A stretch of 64,000 nt of DNA from positions 7,998,001-8,062,000 of the forward strand of contig NC_088809.1 in assembly GCF_011386835.1 (NCBI RefSeq), written 5' to 3'. The translations under genes and the position numbers were made by a program. Every line of letters starts with the position of its first letter. Position 1 is the first letter of the stretch. The notes below the pieces were generated by a model, which was not told the DNA's origin, searched no databases, and saw nothing but the letters and a program-made list of their open reading frames with translations. This DNA comes from Chrysemys picta bellii (Eukaryota). Positions 14,303-31,609 of the stretch are shown here, piece by piece.

Positions 14303-15620
14303 CTAGAAAATTAAAAGTTTTGTTGTTTTTTTAAAATGCATGGAAGTTCTTTTTTCATTGTCTTTATCGTCACAGTGAAATCTGCAAACACCAGCTCCAT
14401 TAAAGCAACCGTCTGTGCTAAGTAACAGCTTTAAAGTATCTCTAATGTTCCCAGTACAGCTTTGTTTCATCTCTAGTTAACAATCTAACTCTAAAGTGTC
14501 CAAATTTGTCCTCTCTTGGGTGACTGCTTCTACATGATTTCACTGCATATTTTAATTTCATTGTTACTTTGATTTAAGCATAATTACCTGGACTGACAAT
14601 CTCATACTCATCAAATGCTATTGTCGAATAAGTAATTGCTTCTCCCAACTCCCTGTTGAGCTGTCTCTCTAATCTTCACTTTTGTGGCATATTTCGTTTC
14701 CATTTCCTTGCCTATGATTAAAGCTTTTCTTTCAAAATATTTTAGACTAAAATTTCAACTTCAGCTACGGTTCAAGTTTGTCAAAATAGTCACCCATGTA
14801 AGACTTCACAACCATGTTGCAAAAACAATGGAATCCTCTCTTGCAACCAGATGGGTTAACATGGCTCCAAAGGGCAGTTTGGTCCACCTGCACAGTTGCA
14901 AATCCACCGGCCATACACACACACTTCCCCCAGGCCCCGCTGCATGCTGTGCTGAAGGGAGCTTTACAGTACACGGAGACAGACTCAGCTGCACCTCTTA
15001 GAGAGACAGCACAGAACACGCAGTCCTGACAGGGGCAATCATCGCTCTTAACTAACTTTGCACGCTTCCTATTCTGGGCTGCTCCACAGCCCCTGCCACA
15101 ACAGACAGTACTAGGCCTGTCTAAGTTACGGCAACCTGTCCCCAGCTGCTCATGGGCCACAACGCTGCCTGGAAACTCTGCAGCATTACGTGCTGTGACC
15201 CTATTCCTGACATGCCCCTCCTGCTCCAGCCCCACCCTCCACATGCCCCCAAGCGAGGGCTTGTACAGGAGTTTTCAGCCCTACAGCTGCCTTCTGCAGC
15301 TCCTGCACCGAGGCAATCCTCTCCCAGCCAGAACCAGGGCTTTTAGAGCTTCCTCATACCTAGCTGGCCCATTCACCTGACAAAGGGGCTGGGGAGGGTG
15401 ATGACCTTGCACTGCACCTACAGACACTCCACCTCCTGCCACATTTCACACAGCAAAACTGCACGGGTTCCATTGCCTATAGTGCCCATAGAACAGAGCG
15501 GGCAGGGTTGGAAGAAGCACCAGCAAATTGCCAGAATATTTCCAGCTAATATCTCAGCACGTTGTATTACCATTGGCCTAAGAGGGAGGCCTGCTGCCCA
15601 CAAAGAAACCTCGTGCTCTA

Positions 15621-15815
<195 letters not shown>

Positions 15816-17117
15816 TTAGCAATGGGAACAGAGACGCATTCCTTAAAAGAGAACAGTGGTGACAATATTGTACTGCAGAGCCCCCTCTTTGGGGGGGGAA
15901 AGAAAAAGCTAAGAACTGACGTGTGTTTTAAAAAACGAACACCAGGAGTCTACAGAAGCAATGAGAACGTCCCATCTTCCTGTACAGCAAAGAAGTGGAA
16001 GAGCTGGCTGGCATTTGGATGCTACACAGGAGAACGCCCCACTTTTAACAAATTACCCCAACGCTGGTAAACGGGGCATTGTTGATTTCCCCAAGCTGTA
16101 TCTTTGTGATACAATGGCAACCAGCTAGGGCATGTGTGCTGGGGAAAAAGGAGCAACAAAAAGGATTGGGGCAGACAATAGGTTCACTACCCACCTGGCT
16201 AGAACAGGAACGATTGTAACTGTAGGGGAGCCAACATGCCATGAGAGAGAGTTACTCTTCAGTGTGAAAGCATTAAAGAGGGATCATAAAGCACGTTAAA
16301 GTTCACATTGTACGGTTTGTGAGTATACAAGCCTGCAGCCAAGTCAACTGTGCTGCATCAGAGCCATAGGTCAAAGTGGGCAATGACTGACACCGAAGTC
16401 TGAAAGGGAAGTGGGATCAAAGTACAGAGAGATGAAGTACACACTGTGCTTGGAGAAGCCGGACCAACAGAATTCCAGGGATATTGCTGCATTAGCAGTT
16501 CCTCTGTAAATGAGACCTGGCCGGGTTCTCTGAGGCAAGCAGGGCACAGTGACATGAATGGAGCTGCACAATACAGTGGCTATATGCTGCCAAGGCTTTA
16601 AAGTACAGAAGCATATTTCATTGTGTAAAAGGAGAGTTAATGCCATCAGATTCAGTTGCAATTGAGAGAGCAAACATTACAGTTTCAGCTACATTTTGCT
16701 CGCCAGCCAAATGAAGAAAAAAACCCAAGTGTGTGAACATCAGTCCACTGCCTTCAGTTCAGCTGTCTGCATGCTTCGCTGAACTTTATCAGCAAAATAG
16801 CAATATCTTCCACATCTCACCCACAGAACGAGATTCTAAAGGCCTTTGTTTGCCATGCAACACAACCAAGCTATTCAACCAGGCCATTAATATTCAAGGC
16901 CTCGAAGCAGTCTACTGCTTGCTTGAGTAGCTATCTCCTAAAATGCCTCTACAATCAAACTTTTTGAATATTCCCAAGCATGCCTTTTCCAATCTTAATC
17001 GGTGATGGTTTACACAGGGTTTTTTAATATGAAAAAATATGAAGATTGGATGTAAAAAAAAAGCAGTGACTCCATCCTTCATATGAATTTAACACAGGTT
17101 CAATATTAATATAGTTA

Positions 17118-17339
<222 letters not shown>

Positions 17340-18167
17340 TTAGACAATTGATGCTGATGTCAGATGAGCCTGACAATACTGCCAACGTCTCTGATCTCTG
17401 AAATGGGTGGTCTTTTCTAAGATCATCTTTAAAACATATCTAGTATCACATCAGTGGGTATAAATGAGCATGAAATTGACTATTACAACTATTAGAAATC
17501 TTAAAATAGTTAGTTGTACAAATAATGTTTTGGCTTCATCTGCTTGTTTCGTTTCTGTTTTATTTATTAGCATCCCCTAAAATTATTTTTAAAATAGCCT
17601 TCAGTTCACAGAAAGAATATTTAACAGACCTACATTAGTGCCAGAATCCCAATTTCTCAGCTTCAGTGAGCTTGACAAAAACAGCCCCAAGCAATGGATT
17701 TCTCGGTGATCGCACGCACTAGGGTATCAGCCACCTACTCAGTTCTTGTAGCAGGCAGACTATTGACGTAGGCTCTTGGAGCACTTGACTATGAAATGTG
17801 ACTGAGGCTGTAGTGCACATCTATCTAGGGTTTTATAGAGCACCCCTATCATATGTGGTATCTGAGCTCCTCAATATTCTTCCTGAACCCAAAGTTACTG
17901 CAGAAAGCAGGAGCAAAGGGAAAGTGTACAGTCAATACTTGTGTCTCATAAAAAGCACTTGTCCACAAATCTAAACAATGCTAGTTGGTCTAATTTTAGG
18001 CCTAACCAAACTTGACAGAACCCCTTTATGTATAAAATTTCTGTCTCAAGTAGTCAGACAAGAGATGCCCATCATAACTCACTGTCGCTTTCTTAAATTA
18101 GCTTGATATTTACCAGGAGGTTTATTTGGCTTTGACAAAGGTTGCCGTATCTGTATTAGGATAGAAC

Positions 18168-18181
18168 GCACGCACGCATGT

Positions 18182-18219
<38 letters not shown>
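18168..18219. repeat. (CA)n microsatellite
   Basis: ~17 perfect CA units after CACG/TG variants. Confidence 0.95.
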
Positions 18220-18224
<5 letters not shown>

Positions 18225-18443
18225 GTTAAAATGATAAGTATCAACAACGGCAGTTCTCATCAGTTCATTTTAATAGCAGGAAACAGCCTATCACAATAAA
18301 ATCTTACAATCCATGCTTATTTGTAGATCTTTACACTATCATAGTTTGCTGACCTCAGTGTATACCATACCAGCATCTAAAGATACTTTGTACTCCCCCT
18401 CCACTTTACATCAGATTGCTATATCCACATTCAGGTTCAATCA

Positions 18444-18629
<186 letters not shown>

Positions 18630-19130
18630 TTATCAAAGCAAACTCAAGTATTATTTGACTATGGAAATACTTAGCACAAACCTCAGTCGTTTACACAATG
18701 AATGAAGTCTGTAATTGAACGTTATTTTATATTACACTCTATGACTGCTAGCTCAGAGTTCGTGGAAAATCCCTTCCTAAATAACGTCTCCAAGTAGGGC
18801 AACATAGCAAACTTCTGGGCCAAGATGGATGGAAATGTCTTATGGTATCCAGAACAAAATGAAAACTCCCAAATCAACTGTAATAAATAAGGGTCCAATT
18901 CTGGAATGCTTCCACAGCATTCAATGGAATTATGTGTGTGAAAAGAATGCAAGATTGGGGCCAAAACGTGTATTTCTTGATGTACTAGAGTACAGTAATG
19001 CACAAGTAGCTATCGTATGGAGAAGGGATAGGTCTTGTTTGTAGTGTACTGCATGAAATAGACACAGACGCACATTCAGAGCTCTTTCCATACAATTGTC
19101 TTGAATTCTAATAAAGGTATTTTCACATCA

Positions 19131-19388
<258 letters not shown>

Positions 19389-20047
19389 TCAATGCAGTAA
19401 CCACACACTAAACTCTAACATGAGAGCCAGAAAGTACAACACAAACTAGCGAACATAAAAGATATTTGGGCCCTGTAGATTCTATTGTCTTGTTTAACAG
19501 AACATGTTGAAAGCACTATCAAGCAAGAACTCGCAGTAAATTCATTTCTCAAGTTTAAGTGAGCTCTCCGTAGCTAACTACTACCTAAGCACAAGAGAAT
19601 CTGCAAAAGTGACAAGCCTTGAATCTCCTGTAGTTTGGCTGTCCTGGTTCATGAAGCCAGCTGTGACAAGCATCCATTACTCTGGCAAGGGAATGAGGCT
19701 GCTTAATTTCCTTGGGATGGAAGTGACAAAATTATACTTTTCTACGCTGTTGCATAAAGAACAACAGAGGTGAGTTTATGAGTCTCAATCTTCCTATACG
19801 GTGCTTCACTCAGGCAAAAGTCATCTATTGTTAGTATTTCACTTATAGAAGATCTTTCTGGTCAAGATTTAACTTAGATGCAACACTGGAAAGAGAGGCT
19901 TACATAGAGAATACTTCCAATTCTTACCAGATGCATACACGCCCTATCAGCAAACAAGGTTACCAAATCATAAGGGCAGAAGAACCAGCTGATACTGGCG
20001 AGATTTGATATTTATTCTTAGTTTCATACATTTAGTTGGCTCTTCTA

Positions 20048-20479
<432 letters not shown>

Positions 20480-20581
20480 TTACATAGTTACCAATCATGG
20501 GAAATTTTTCTAAATAAATAAATAACCAAACAAATAAATAAAATAAAAAAATACTAGCAATTAAGAATTCGTGCTGAGTTA

Positions 20582-20731
<150 letters not shown>

Positions 20732-21270
20732 CTAAAACACACAAGAGATAACTGGATGAGAGGTGACAGAGGCCAAACTGAAAATGTGGCTCTCTCATTT
20801 TGTACTGTGAGTTAGGTCATTTAGGCAGCTACATTGATTACATTTGCAAATAACTGAAGAGAGTTGGTCAGTATTTGAAAATTTGTCCCAAAAGCTTTGC
20901 TTCTAGAACAATTACTGTGATCAAACATGACCAACCATAAAAATCGAGCTAGGGAAGGAATATTTTAGATTAAAAAGTCAAATCAAAATTGCCATTAAAA
21001 ACACAAAAACCTTTACAACTATTTTTCGATAGTGAGTTCTACAGCACTATTTTGTACATGTGCTCAGCACAGAAGCCATAAGAGAAATATGGAAACAAGA
21101 AAACTGTGTTCAAGAGAAATAATGGGACTTTCCAGACAGACTCAATTTGCCAAGCCATGTCAGAAAGAGAAAAAACTGCTGTTGTGACCCAGGCAGCTCT
21201 CAGGAATTTTGCATAATCACCCTGTCTCAGTCATGTCTGGAAAGCATGAGGTCTGCTTTGAAGGTCATTA

Positions 21271-21594
<324 letters not shown>

Positions 21595-22330
21595 TCAAAA
21601 ACTTTCCTTATCCTGCTTCTTCACAGTCTGTGTGTGCCTGTTACACAGCACCTTTCTACTCGCTGGGGAAAAAAAAGTTACTGCAGGATATGCTAACATG
21701 GAACCCAGCTCTGCATGATAGCATTTTGCAACACACTTAAGACAGAACGTCTTTGCATACATGTTAGTATGCAGAGTACGTACTCTGTTAACTGCACAAA
21801 TGTTATGACTGCAGGTCAATAGCAGATATTCACAGGCCTGGCTTTGCAACTCACTTATTATCTGGTGTCCATTTCTTTTCATTATTGGAGTATTGGGATT
21901 CAACACCTCGTCCCTCAGGTTTCCTTGGATTCTCCTAGCAAAAGCTTATAAATGTTCTGCCCTGTACCATTCAGCGTCACCACAGAGACCTCCACATCTG
22001 GAATTCAGGGCATCCTAAAATGCACGATTCTGGACCTTGCAGATCTTTACTATGCATCAACTAGCTGTTTGTAAATGATAAGGGAAAGTGCCCATCCAGC
22101 TCAAAACACCTGTCCTTTTTGGGGGTTGGTTTAATCAGCACTTTCCAGCTTTTTTCACCACTCACCTTAATGGCCACCTCCTCTAGAAACAAACTGAGAT
22201 TTCTCAAATTCATTCATATTCTGTTTCAGTTGCCTTCCCTGGTACAGCAGTCCATACATTTAGCTTGTGTGTGTGTGAAGCGCCACCATTTCTCAATTTG
22301 AAGGGACCATCCCCCTTTTTGAACCTCTTA

Positions 22331-22602
22331 GGGCTTGTCTACATAGAGAAAATACCCACAATAGCTGGTGAGCACTAGTTACTCCACACTAATTCTCCAT
22401 GCGGACACACTGAGTGCGCAGTAAGAGTGCCTTTGTGCACATTAGCTTAATAGGCTTTGGAAGTGTGCTACACTAAACCTCCAGAGGGCACCCTTAGTGT
22501 GCAAGAAGAGTGTCCATATGCGGAATTAGTGCAGAGTAGCTACTGTGCTTTAAATTCACACCGTAGCTTGCTGCACACGAACTTTCCTGTGTAGACAAAT
22601 CC
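22331..22602. mobile_element. PIF/Harbinger-type MITE
   Basis: TIR GGGCTTGTCTACA / TGTAGACAAATCC; 3-bp TSD TTA on both sides. Confidence 0.8.
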
Positions 22603-22877
22603 TTAACGTATAAAAGAAAACTTTTCACACTCTCTTCTAATTTGACCAACTCCTTTCATACATTTTGGAAACTCTTTGGTCACCTCAAAATTTTCTCCAA
22701 GAAAAATAAGTTTAACTCCAATAACCCATAATTTTAGGGTCTACATACATAACAGATCCTTTGTTATCCTAATAATGCAGCCTCTCTTAGTCCTGTGATA
22801 CAGTGAGACAGGCCACAAAGACCCCAGCAAGACTGCTCTATTATACTAAAGATCAAGGAAGGCAAATCTGAAGACTA

Positions 22878-23099
<222 letters not shown>

Positions 23100-23517
23100 T
23101 TAATGAAACAAAAAGATGAATTAATAGCAGCTCTGAAAAAATAATTGATTTGACCTCATTTATTCAGGTTCCTGACTAGCTATAAGAACTTCAAGTAGAA
23201 TAGCTAAGGCCAAAAGGTAAAAAAAGAAAAGAAAGTATCAGTTTACTTCCAAACTACTACTAATGACCACCTTTCAACTTTCTTAGTTAATAAATTATAT
23301 AAATCACATTACATGATTTCACTAAGCGTTTCATTTAAGAATCCAGTACTGGGATTGTGTGAGTGGGAGGGTGAGTAAAACGCTGCACATGTGCAAAACT
23401 GGTGCCAGATCTACAAAAAGGACAAAAAGCATCATTTAACATGCCACACAAGCACGATTGTTATGAATCACAGTATTATTTGCTTCCATGCTTTACACTG
23501 ACATGAACAACAATAAC

Positions 23518-23813
23518 CTCATTTTGCTTTGTATTCCACCTTCGGCATCAGAATACTCCGACTCACTGCTGCTGATCCTTTTCCAGCTGGGATGGCATGA
23601 TGATAAGTGATCCTTTCCAGCAGGCATGTAAGCAGCATCTAATGCACGATTCCAGGGATTCAGACAAGGACTATTTTGTGCATTGCCTGAATGTAACTGA
23701 AATATATCCATTCCATGGATTGCTCCATCTCCTACATCACTTTCTAATTCTTCTTTCACTTCTTCCCCCAATTGTCCTTTCTTTTGTTTCCCCTTGGACT
23801 TTTTCCTTCGGGT
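23518..23813 (-). CDS. HEATR6: HEATR6 exon 8
   Basis: TRRKKSKGKQKK...SWKRISSSESEYSDAEGGIQSKM(R); 296 nt, ends phase 2. Confidence 0.93.
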
Positions 23814-25000
23814 CTGTGTCAAGAGGAAAAAATAACACAAAAGGCTGAGACAAAAGTAAGAATTTTGCAACCAGAAAAGATTTTATTATTCTGAAAATCT
23901 CTTTGAATGACAACAAAGTCACTTCTGAGAAAAAGAGAGACTATAAATTACCAAAAAGTAGCATAAATGAATAAACTCCAGCGCGGTCAGTACTTAAGTT
24001 CACCAACATGGAGATGCATGTTTTATAAGCACCTAGATGGCTTATTGTAGGGAGACAGATTGTCTTTAGCCAGCCAAAGAAAAAGTTTTGGTCACAGGTA
24101 TTTAGTTACTATTATGAAATAGTGTTACATAAATGAATTATACATACACTGACAATCAGATCTTAATCAATTTCAGCTTGCATACTCCATTTATTAAGAG
24201 GACAAAATAAACTTATTAACAATATCTTAATGTCCCATAGGTACATGTTACAAGACTGGTTTGCTTGGACATTTTGGATGCAAACCTCTATATATATATA
24301 TAAATGCTAACCTCCAACTGTAACTACAAGAGTTTCCACAATTCTCCTTTATTCTTCTTTAGAAAAAAGTATTTTTACATTGAGACATTTAACAGTAGGA
24401 TATCTTTTCAGGTGTTTTATGTACGTGTTCCTGTAGCTCTTTTGGATTTATAGGAGATACTCATTAACCTTAAAAAAAGATTACAAGACAACAAACTGAC
24501 CCTACAGCTTTATTTTGTCTAATGTCTTTCATGTAATCTGTAACCCAAAACACTTTACAGGGTTAAATAATAAACAGCAAAGGGAGAGAGAAACGGAGAT
24601 ACATAAACAAGGGAGACAACTCATTTTTAGATGAGCCTGATTTCCCTAGGAAAAAGTAAAAGTGATTGTGTGTTAGAAGAGAAGTAATGTAATTTGTGAT
24701 GGAAAATGCCACAACTAGTCTGCCACCATCAGTCCCACATCTGTAGGCCACAAGTTCTTGACTACAAATGAATAACTGATGCACACAGCTAGAGTCAATC
24801 AAATCAATCTCTGCAGAACCCTCTGTTTTAGTCATCTGACTTTACGAGCAATTTGTTAATCAGTGCAGAAATTTATAATCAATGCCATTAAGGCAAGCAA
24901 TGTGAAATACACCACACGCTGAGAACGTGAAGGAACTTTCAGCCATTAACACCAGAACAGGAAATATCCAGTCAAAACAAATAAACACACACAAAAATCA

Positions 25001-25162
<162 letters not shown>

Positions 25163-25683
25163 CTAAAACAGTAACAAGAAATCCAGTTGGATGTGCAAAG
25201 AATTGTCGTATATTCAGGTGCTCACCAATTGTTTTCAGTTTACCTTACGAGTTTCTTCTCTGGGTCTTGTCTCCCTAAGCTCACACCCAAGCTGCCAATG
25301 GCAGGTAAGTCAGCATGAGGAGACTCAAATAGCACAATAAAATGCCTGTATAGTAATTCTGATTCTCTAATCAGATATTTTGGCAACCAAATTCAACTAT
25401 TTCTAAAAGGATTTTAGCAAGGGTCCAGCACTGAAGCTAATGGGAGACTTGCCTCTTAACCATCAAGGCGTTGCCACCCCTTTCTTTGTGAGAGGAAGTA
25501 CAAGTGAGAGAACTGAAGGCTTTATCATATTCTAGAGAGAACTTTTCCCCTTTTTCCATGTCTTTCATTCCATTTTTCAATCAACTCTCCACCTGATTCT
25601 TTTTTCTGTCTTCTCTACCTTTTCCCACTTAAAGTGAAACAGGAGCACACACTATACAGTCTGTCTCTCTAAAAGTGGATTTA

Positions 25684-25854
<171 letters not shown>

Positions 25855-26137
25855 TTATGAACTTCATACCTTATATTCTGCAAAACAACATGACTGCTTA
25901 GCACCACTGAGATACCGGCAACTATTTTCATATTACTCAAGTAAAATGAGGTTAGAGATATTAGCGAAGTCTCAGCTGGTAATATTCCAAATCACAAGAT
26001 GTGTACAGCCTCTGCCAAACAGGAAGCCTTTGATTATAACAGACTTACTTATTTCAAATCAAATTTTAAAAGTTGTCTAGCTGTTCCACTGCAAAACACA
26101 GTTTTACGTAGTATAACTTTATAATTAGTGTATTTCA

Positions 26138-26323
<186 letters not shown>

Positions 26324-27852
26324 CTATACAAACTGTCCTTACAGATAACGTTACAAAAGCTCAGATCTCTCCCTCCCCAGGATAGCAGAGACATGGAGTG
26401 GGACTGCACTTTGGCATCTACAAAGGATGAAACTCTAGCACCGTAAATACTGTCTGGAAACACTGGTTAGTAAAATCTCAGTACACGTAAATTTACTCTA
26501 ACTTCTGGCTTCTCCTGCCTAATTAAAGTGGATTCCTAAGTTTGATTTTCCAGGCTGCGAGTAGGTGCAGAATGACACCAACAGGAGCGTTGTCACTATT
26601 CTGCTGGGAATGTCCTCAGACACGGGTGCCCAGGTGAATTAATGAAGCTGCATGCATATATCTTGGGATACAATTTAGCCCTTAATATGACCCTGAAAGG
26701 CTTTTACATTTTCCTTTGTTTTTGTGAAAACATAGACTGCCTTAATGCAGTGACGTGTTTACCTTTTTTTTATTTAAATAGCCTCCCATCTTCCTTTACT
26801 AATGAATATAAAGGAGGCAATCACTACACCACTTCAATCTGTGCTACCTGCATATCAGCTTATCATAACATGACCATTAGTGCAGTGGCTCTAGACTCAT
26901 TAAACAACTTTCTTTGTGCTGGATCCCTAAGCAGCTGGTGCCCATATGTTTAATTACTTCAAGTCACCGGTGTGCACGTTTGATAATGTTCACCAAACGA
27001 CTCAAATACCGCAAGTGATTTTCCTGACAGTAGAATCCAATTAGAAAATCACATTCAAAACCACCAGACGCTGCACTTTGCTCATATCTAAGTGACCTCA
27101 TCCAGGACCTCGGAAGACTCTTCTTTTTTAAGGGTCCCATTCCGTGGGACATCAAACCTTCCTTCATAATTGCAAAGCTCTTTAGAGCAGGTCTAAACTC
27201 CTGCTGGCTTAGACTGATAAATTATTCAGTCTAAGTTTGTCATAGACAAACAAGAAAAAACGTCCCTCTGTATTTGAATAGTTTAGTGGAGGTTTTCGGA
27301 TGTAATGAGATCTTGCTCTGGCATCAACTTATTAATTCTTGGAATCTTATAACAAATCATTCATAGACCAACCATTCCAGTGCAACAGATAATCCCAATG
27401 CAAGATGTAATCAATTGTTTCATAAACATTAACAACCACATTAACCGACTGACTACTGCTGCACAGACCAGGTAGCAGAACATACCTGCCTTTCCCCCCT
27501 CTTAAATTAAATGTCCTTAATAATAATTTATTTTTGGAAATCTGAGAATTCCTGGTTTTCCCCGAATTAGTATGACAACGGCTAGGAGCACTGCAGTTTT
27601 AACTTTCACACACAAGTCATGTTTATAACTTCCAGGATGTAACACAGAACAAAGCTGTTGGGAAAAAAAAAAACTACTTCTTTTGGCTTTAATCAAAAGG
27701 CAAAGTCCCATTAATCAACGTGGCCCTGAAACCATCGCATTGCTCTCGCCTTTACTGTGCTTAGCAGGTGGACTGAACAGGCTGGCTGTCAGCATTTCCA
27801 GACACCCATCTTTTAAAGCACCCACACAAATCACTTTAAAAGACTTGATTTA

Positions 27853-27972
<120 letters not shown>

Positions 27973-28985
27973 CTAAAATAAACCATTAACAGTCACTATG
28001 GGCCAACAAGATACACAGTCAGGTCTGGTGAATGCAAATCAATTGGCAAATTCCCTTTTTACTTCAGAACAACAGATCTATAGTCAATATGATATAAATC
28101 AAGCTACTCCTTAAATCTTATAGTTAGATATAAATATACCAACTACAGAATAGGTTTGACTGATATTCAGACAGAACTAAGATTTCTATATCCTCTGCAA
28201 CTGAACATCATTTCTAATCAAAGTTGTCATTCATTATTATGGAGGCATTGGTCATGACGCTATAGTTCAGACTACATTCCATTTTGTACTTAAACAGAGC
28301 TGCAACCTCCTTGTTTTGTATGAAAAATATGGCACACCCTTCCCAAATTTACAGCACTTGCTCTTTGGGTTTAGAATGAATTTTCTGAGCATTTAAAAGT
28401 AAATCCATTAACTAGTTTATAAAGTAAAATTAATTTAAAAATGCGTTAAGAAATTTACTGTCTGCGTTTGTCTTTTCTCTGTCCCAAAAGTTCTTAACAA
28501 TGGAACAACATAGACACTTCACATTTTGCAGATAATTAAAGTTAATTAATACCTTGTACACAGACTATATCTGAAGATACTAGGTTGTCATTAAGCTAAG
28601 TTATTAACAATTGTATCTAAATGCTATTGTTATACAGCCTACAGACAGGTTCAAGTCAACAGCTCAGGAACTCTTAAGAGGTATCATTGTGACATCACAG
28701 GTAACTCAGCCCATGAATACCTTTCTTCTACAGCTAATTTGCAAGCAAAAATTATATTGGTTGTAATGAGTCAGTGGTGTCAGGAGTTCACAGTGGTAGG
28801 CCACTTAGCGCAGCTGTCACTGCTCTTTAAAGAGCCGATAGCTTCATGCTAACTTCGGCATCAGTGCTTGAAAGGCTCTCATGGCACTGCTATTTCGGCT
28901 CCATTGTACAATGAGGGTTTGATCCTGCTGCTGCCTGAATCTCAGGTTCCCGTTGAGCGCAAGGAGCCCCGAGGGAGCGTGCTGA

Positions 28986-29230
28986 CAGGGCCGGCTCCAG
29001 GCACCAGCGCGGCAAGCAGGTGCTTGGGGCAGCCAACGGAAAGGGGCGGCACATCCGGCTCTTGGGCGGCGGGTCCCCCAGTCCTTCTCGGAGTGAAGGA
29101 CCTGCCACCGAATTGCCACCGAAGAATGAAGCGTTGGCGGTAGAGCTGCTGCTGATCGTGCGATTGCGCCTTTTTTTTTTCTCCCCCCCCCCTGCCGCTT
29201 GGGGTGGCAAAAACGCTGGAGCCGGCCCTG
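28986..29230. mobile_element. GC-rich hAT MITE
   Basis: Perfect 15-bp TIR CAGGGCCGGCTCCAG; 8-bp TSD CGTGCTGA/TGTGCTGA. Confidence 0.9.
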
Positions 29231-29988
29231 TGTGCTGAACACCCTGGAGAGTGGTGCATAATCCAAAGCCCACTCCTGCACAGGAATCTGCCTTTATAGC
29301 AGGAAATGGGCTCTCACAGGGAGGCAGTGCACATGCTGCAGAAGGGCAATTCTGTCTAGGGTCAACTCTCCATCTGGCTGAGATGGGGACACCAGGGGCC
29401 GGCCTGCCTTCACACAACCATCTAAACCAATAAGTCAATTGCAAATTAAGGTCCACATTCACCAGTGTGCTGTAGCTGCTTTGTGCTGATCTGGCGACGC
29501 TAAGCAGCTGTACAAGCAGATAATGATTAACTGGCTCGTGTGCTCTGGCTGCTTTGGGGTTACTTTGCCCTATAATAATGCTAAAAGTGGAAAAAATATG
29601 AAAAAAATCTGAAGCGTATATTAAAACAATTTAATCTAATCTGGAACAACAAACAGTAAAACATAATGCTATGGTTATTGTACAGCCTCACAACAGGGCA
29701 AAGTTAAAGTTGTTTGGTGCCTTCACTGTGAATTTCTTGCCTTAATATGTTTGGATTTCTCTTCAGTGTAACCTTAACTTTGAATTTCATGGATTTGTAA
29801 CATGGATTTGTAACATCCCTGTAATGTGCTTTACCCTTCAATTACTGACACTATGTTAGGAGTTAATGTTGAGAGGATGTGTGTCTGGGAATATGACATT
29901 TTTCTTTTCTTTTGGAGGAAAGGAAGTGTAGGGAATCTGAGGCTTTGGAGTTCACTTTCTCTTAGCAATAAATTCAGCACAGCTTTCA

Positions 29989-30138
<150 letters not shown>

Positions 30139-30578
30139 TCATCATATAAAAATACAGAATTTAAAAAGAACTTCCAAAAGGCATCCTTATTATATTGCAC
30201 ATTGTTCAAGTCAGGGTAACATTCCTCTAGCTGGGTAGTGACTCAAATGATTTGGCTGTTAGAAATTCATGCTGCTACAGAAACAGCCTACATTTAGGAA
30301 ACGGCCACGGGATTCTTGTTTTCCCCAAGACTGAAGGCATGATACACAAGCTTTTCCGTCTCCTGTGAGAGGGTCAGCACATGTAGTTCTTACATCAGCA
30401 ACCCTTTAGCCAGACATAGCCAAGTTAGGACTGTAGATCAGAAGAATGGCAGGATGAATAGGAAGGTGAAAATCCAAGCACATTCATATTAGGTCCTCTC
30501 TATTGGTTCTGCCTCATGGAGGCGAGAGCCCTTTTGGCCCACATCCATGTGCTTGGAAGGGTAGGGACAGAACCATCA

Positions 30579-30740
<162 letters not shown>

Positions 30741-30844
30741 TTATCACTGAGACAATACAAAATTGTGGCTCCAGAGTAGAGACCATCCCACCAGCTAAGG
30801 TCTCAATTGTGCAAATGGATTTGCATGGGCAGAACACCTGGATC

Positions 30845-30932
30845 CATGGTCTAGATAACTTAGTCCTGTCATGAGTGCAGGGGACTGGACTAGATGACCT
30901 CTCAAGGTCCCTTCCAGTCCTGTGATTCTGTG
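30845..30932 (+). mobile_element. CR1 3' tail
   Basis: GGACTGGACTAGATGACCTCTCAAGGTCCCTTCCAGTCCTGTGATTCTGTG. Confidence 0.8.
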
Positions 30933-31609
30933 TGGAGCACAACTGAAGTCAATAGAGCACCTAGTGAGTAGACTGTCCCACTGACTGTCCATATGACATA
31001 GGCATCCAACTGCCTCTAAACATGCAAAATACCACTTAAGAAACCAGCACTGAGAGAAATAATATTTAAAGACCAAGGCATAACATATAATAAAGGCCAA
31101 AGAAAAAAGAGGAGGTAGGAAACCAAGGAACAGAGGAAAGGAAAAAGGAGCAATGTCTAAAATATTAGGGTGAAAGGAAAAGATTATCCTAAGCACTTCC
31201 CAAAATGAAAAGAAAAGCTGGGCGACTGCTGTGAAAAACAAATAGGAAGACTAATGGGTAATTAAAGACTGTTACTGAATGTCAGAGTAGCATGCTATAT
31301 ACAACGGACCCGCAATAAATTATCTTCATTTTTGCATAGTTAATTTATTCCCCCGACAAAACAATTACTAAGATGTTGTGCAGTAATTGAGAATCTAAAT
31401 GCTGCAGAGACAGGAAATTGTCAAAGAAAGTGCTAACAACCACCTTAATGATGTCCATCATCTTCTCCTACCCATGGCATATAAACCAGAGATGTCTGCT
31501 ACCACTGACCTTACCCCACTGCAGGCGACTATTACAGCACAACTCGGCCATGGCTTCCAGACTCCCTGCTGCGAGAGCTGGAAGCATGGCACTCCTAAAA
31601 GCCGTGACT

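Noticed and set aside
14400-15244. Protein-like reading frames in intron 16
   Set aside because: Frames are interrupted by stops at about random density and show no recognisable homology.
28844-29462. Overlapping 105-190 aa ORFs in intron 3
   Set aside because: They span the GC-rich hAT MITE at 28986-29230 and show no protein-family signal.
29788-29813. 13-bp tandem duplication CATGGATTTGTAA x2
   Set aside because: An ordinary slippage duplication with no further structure.
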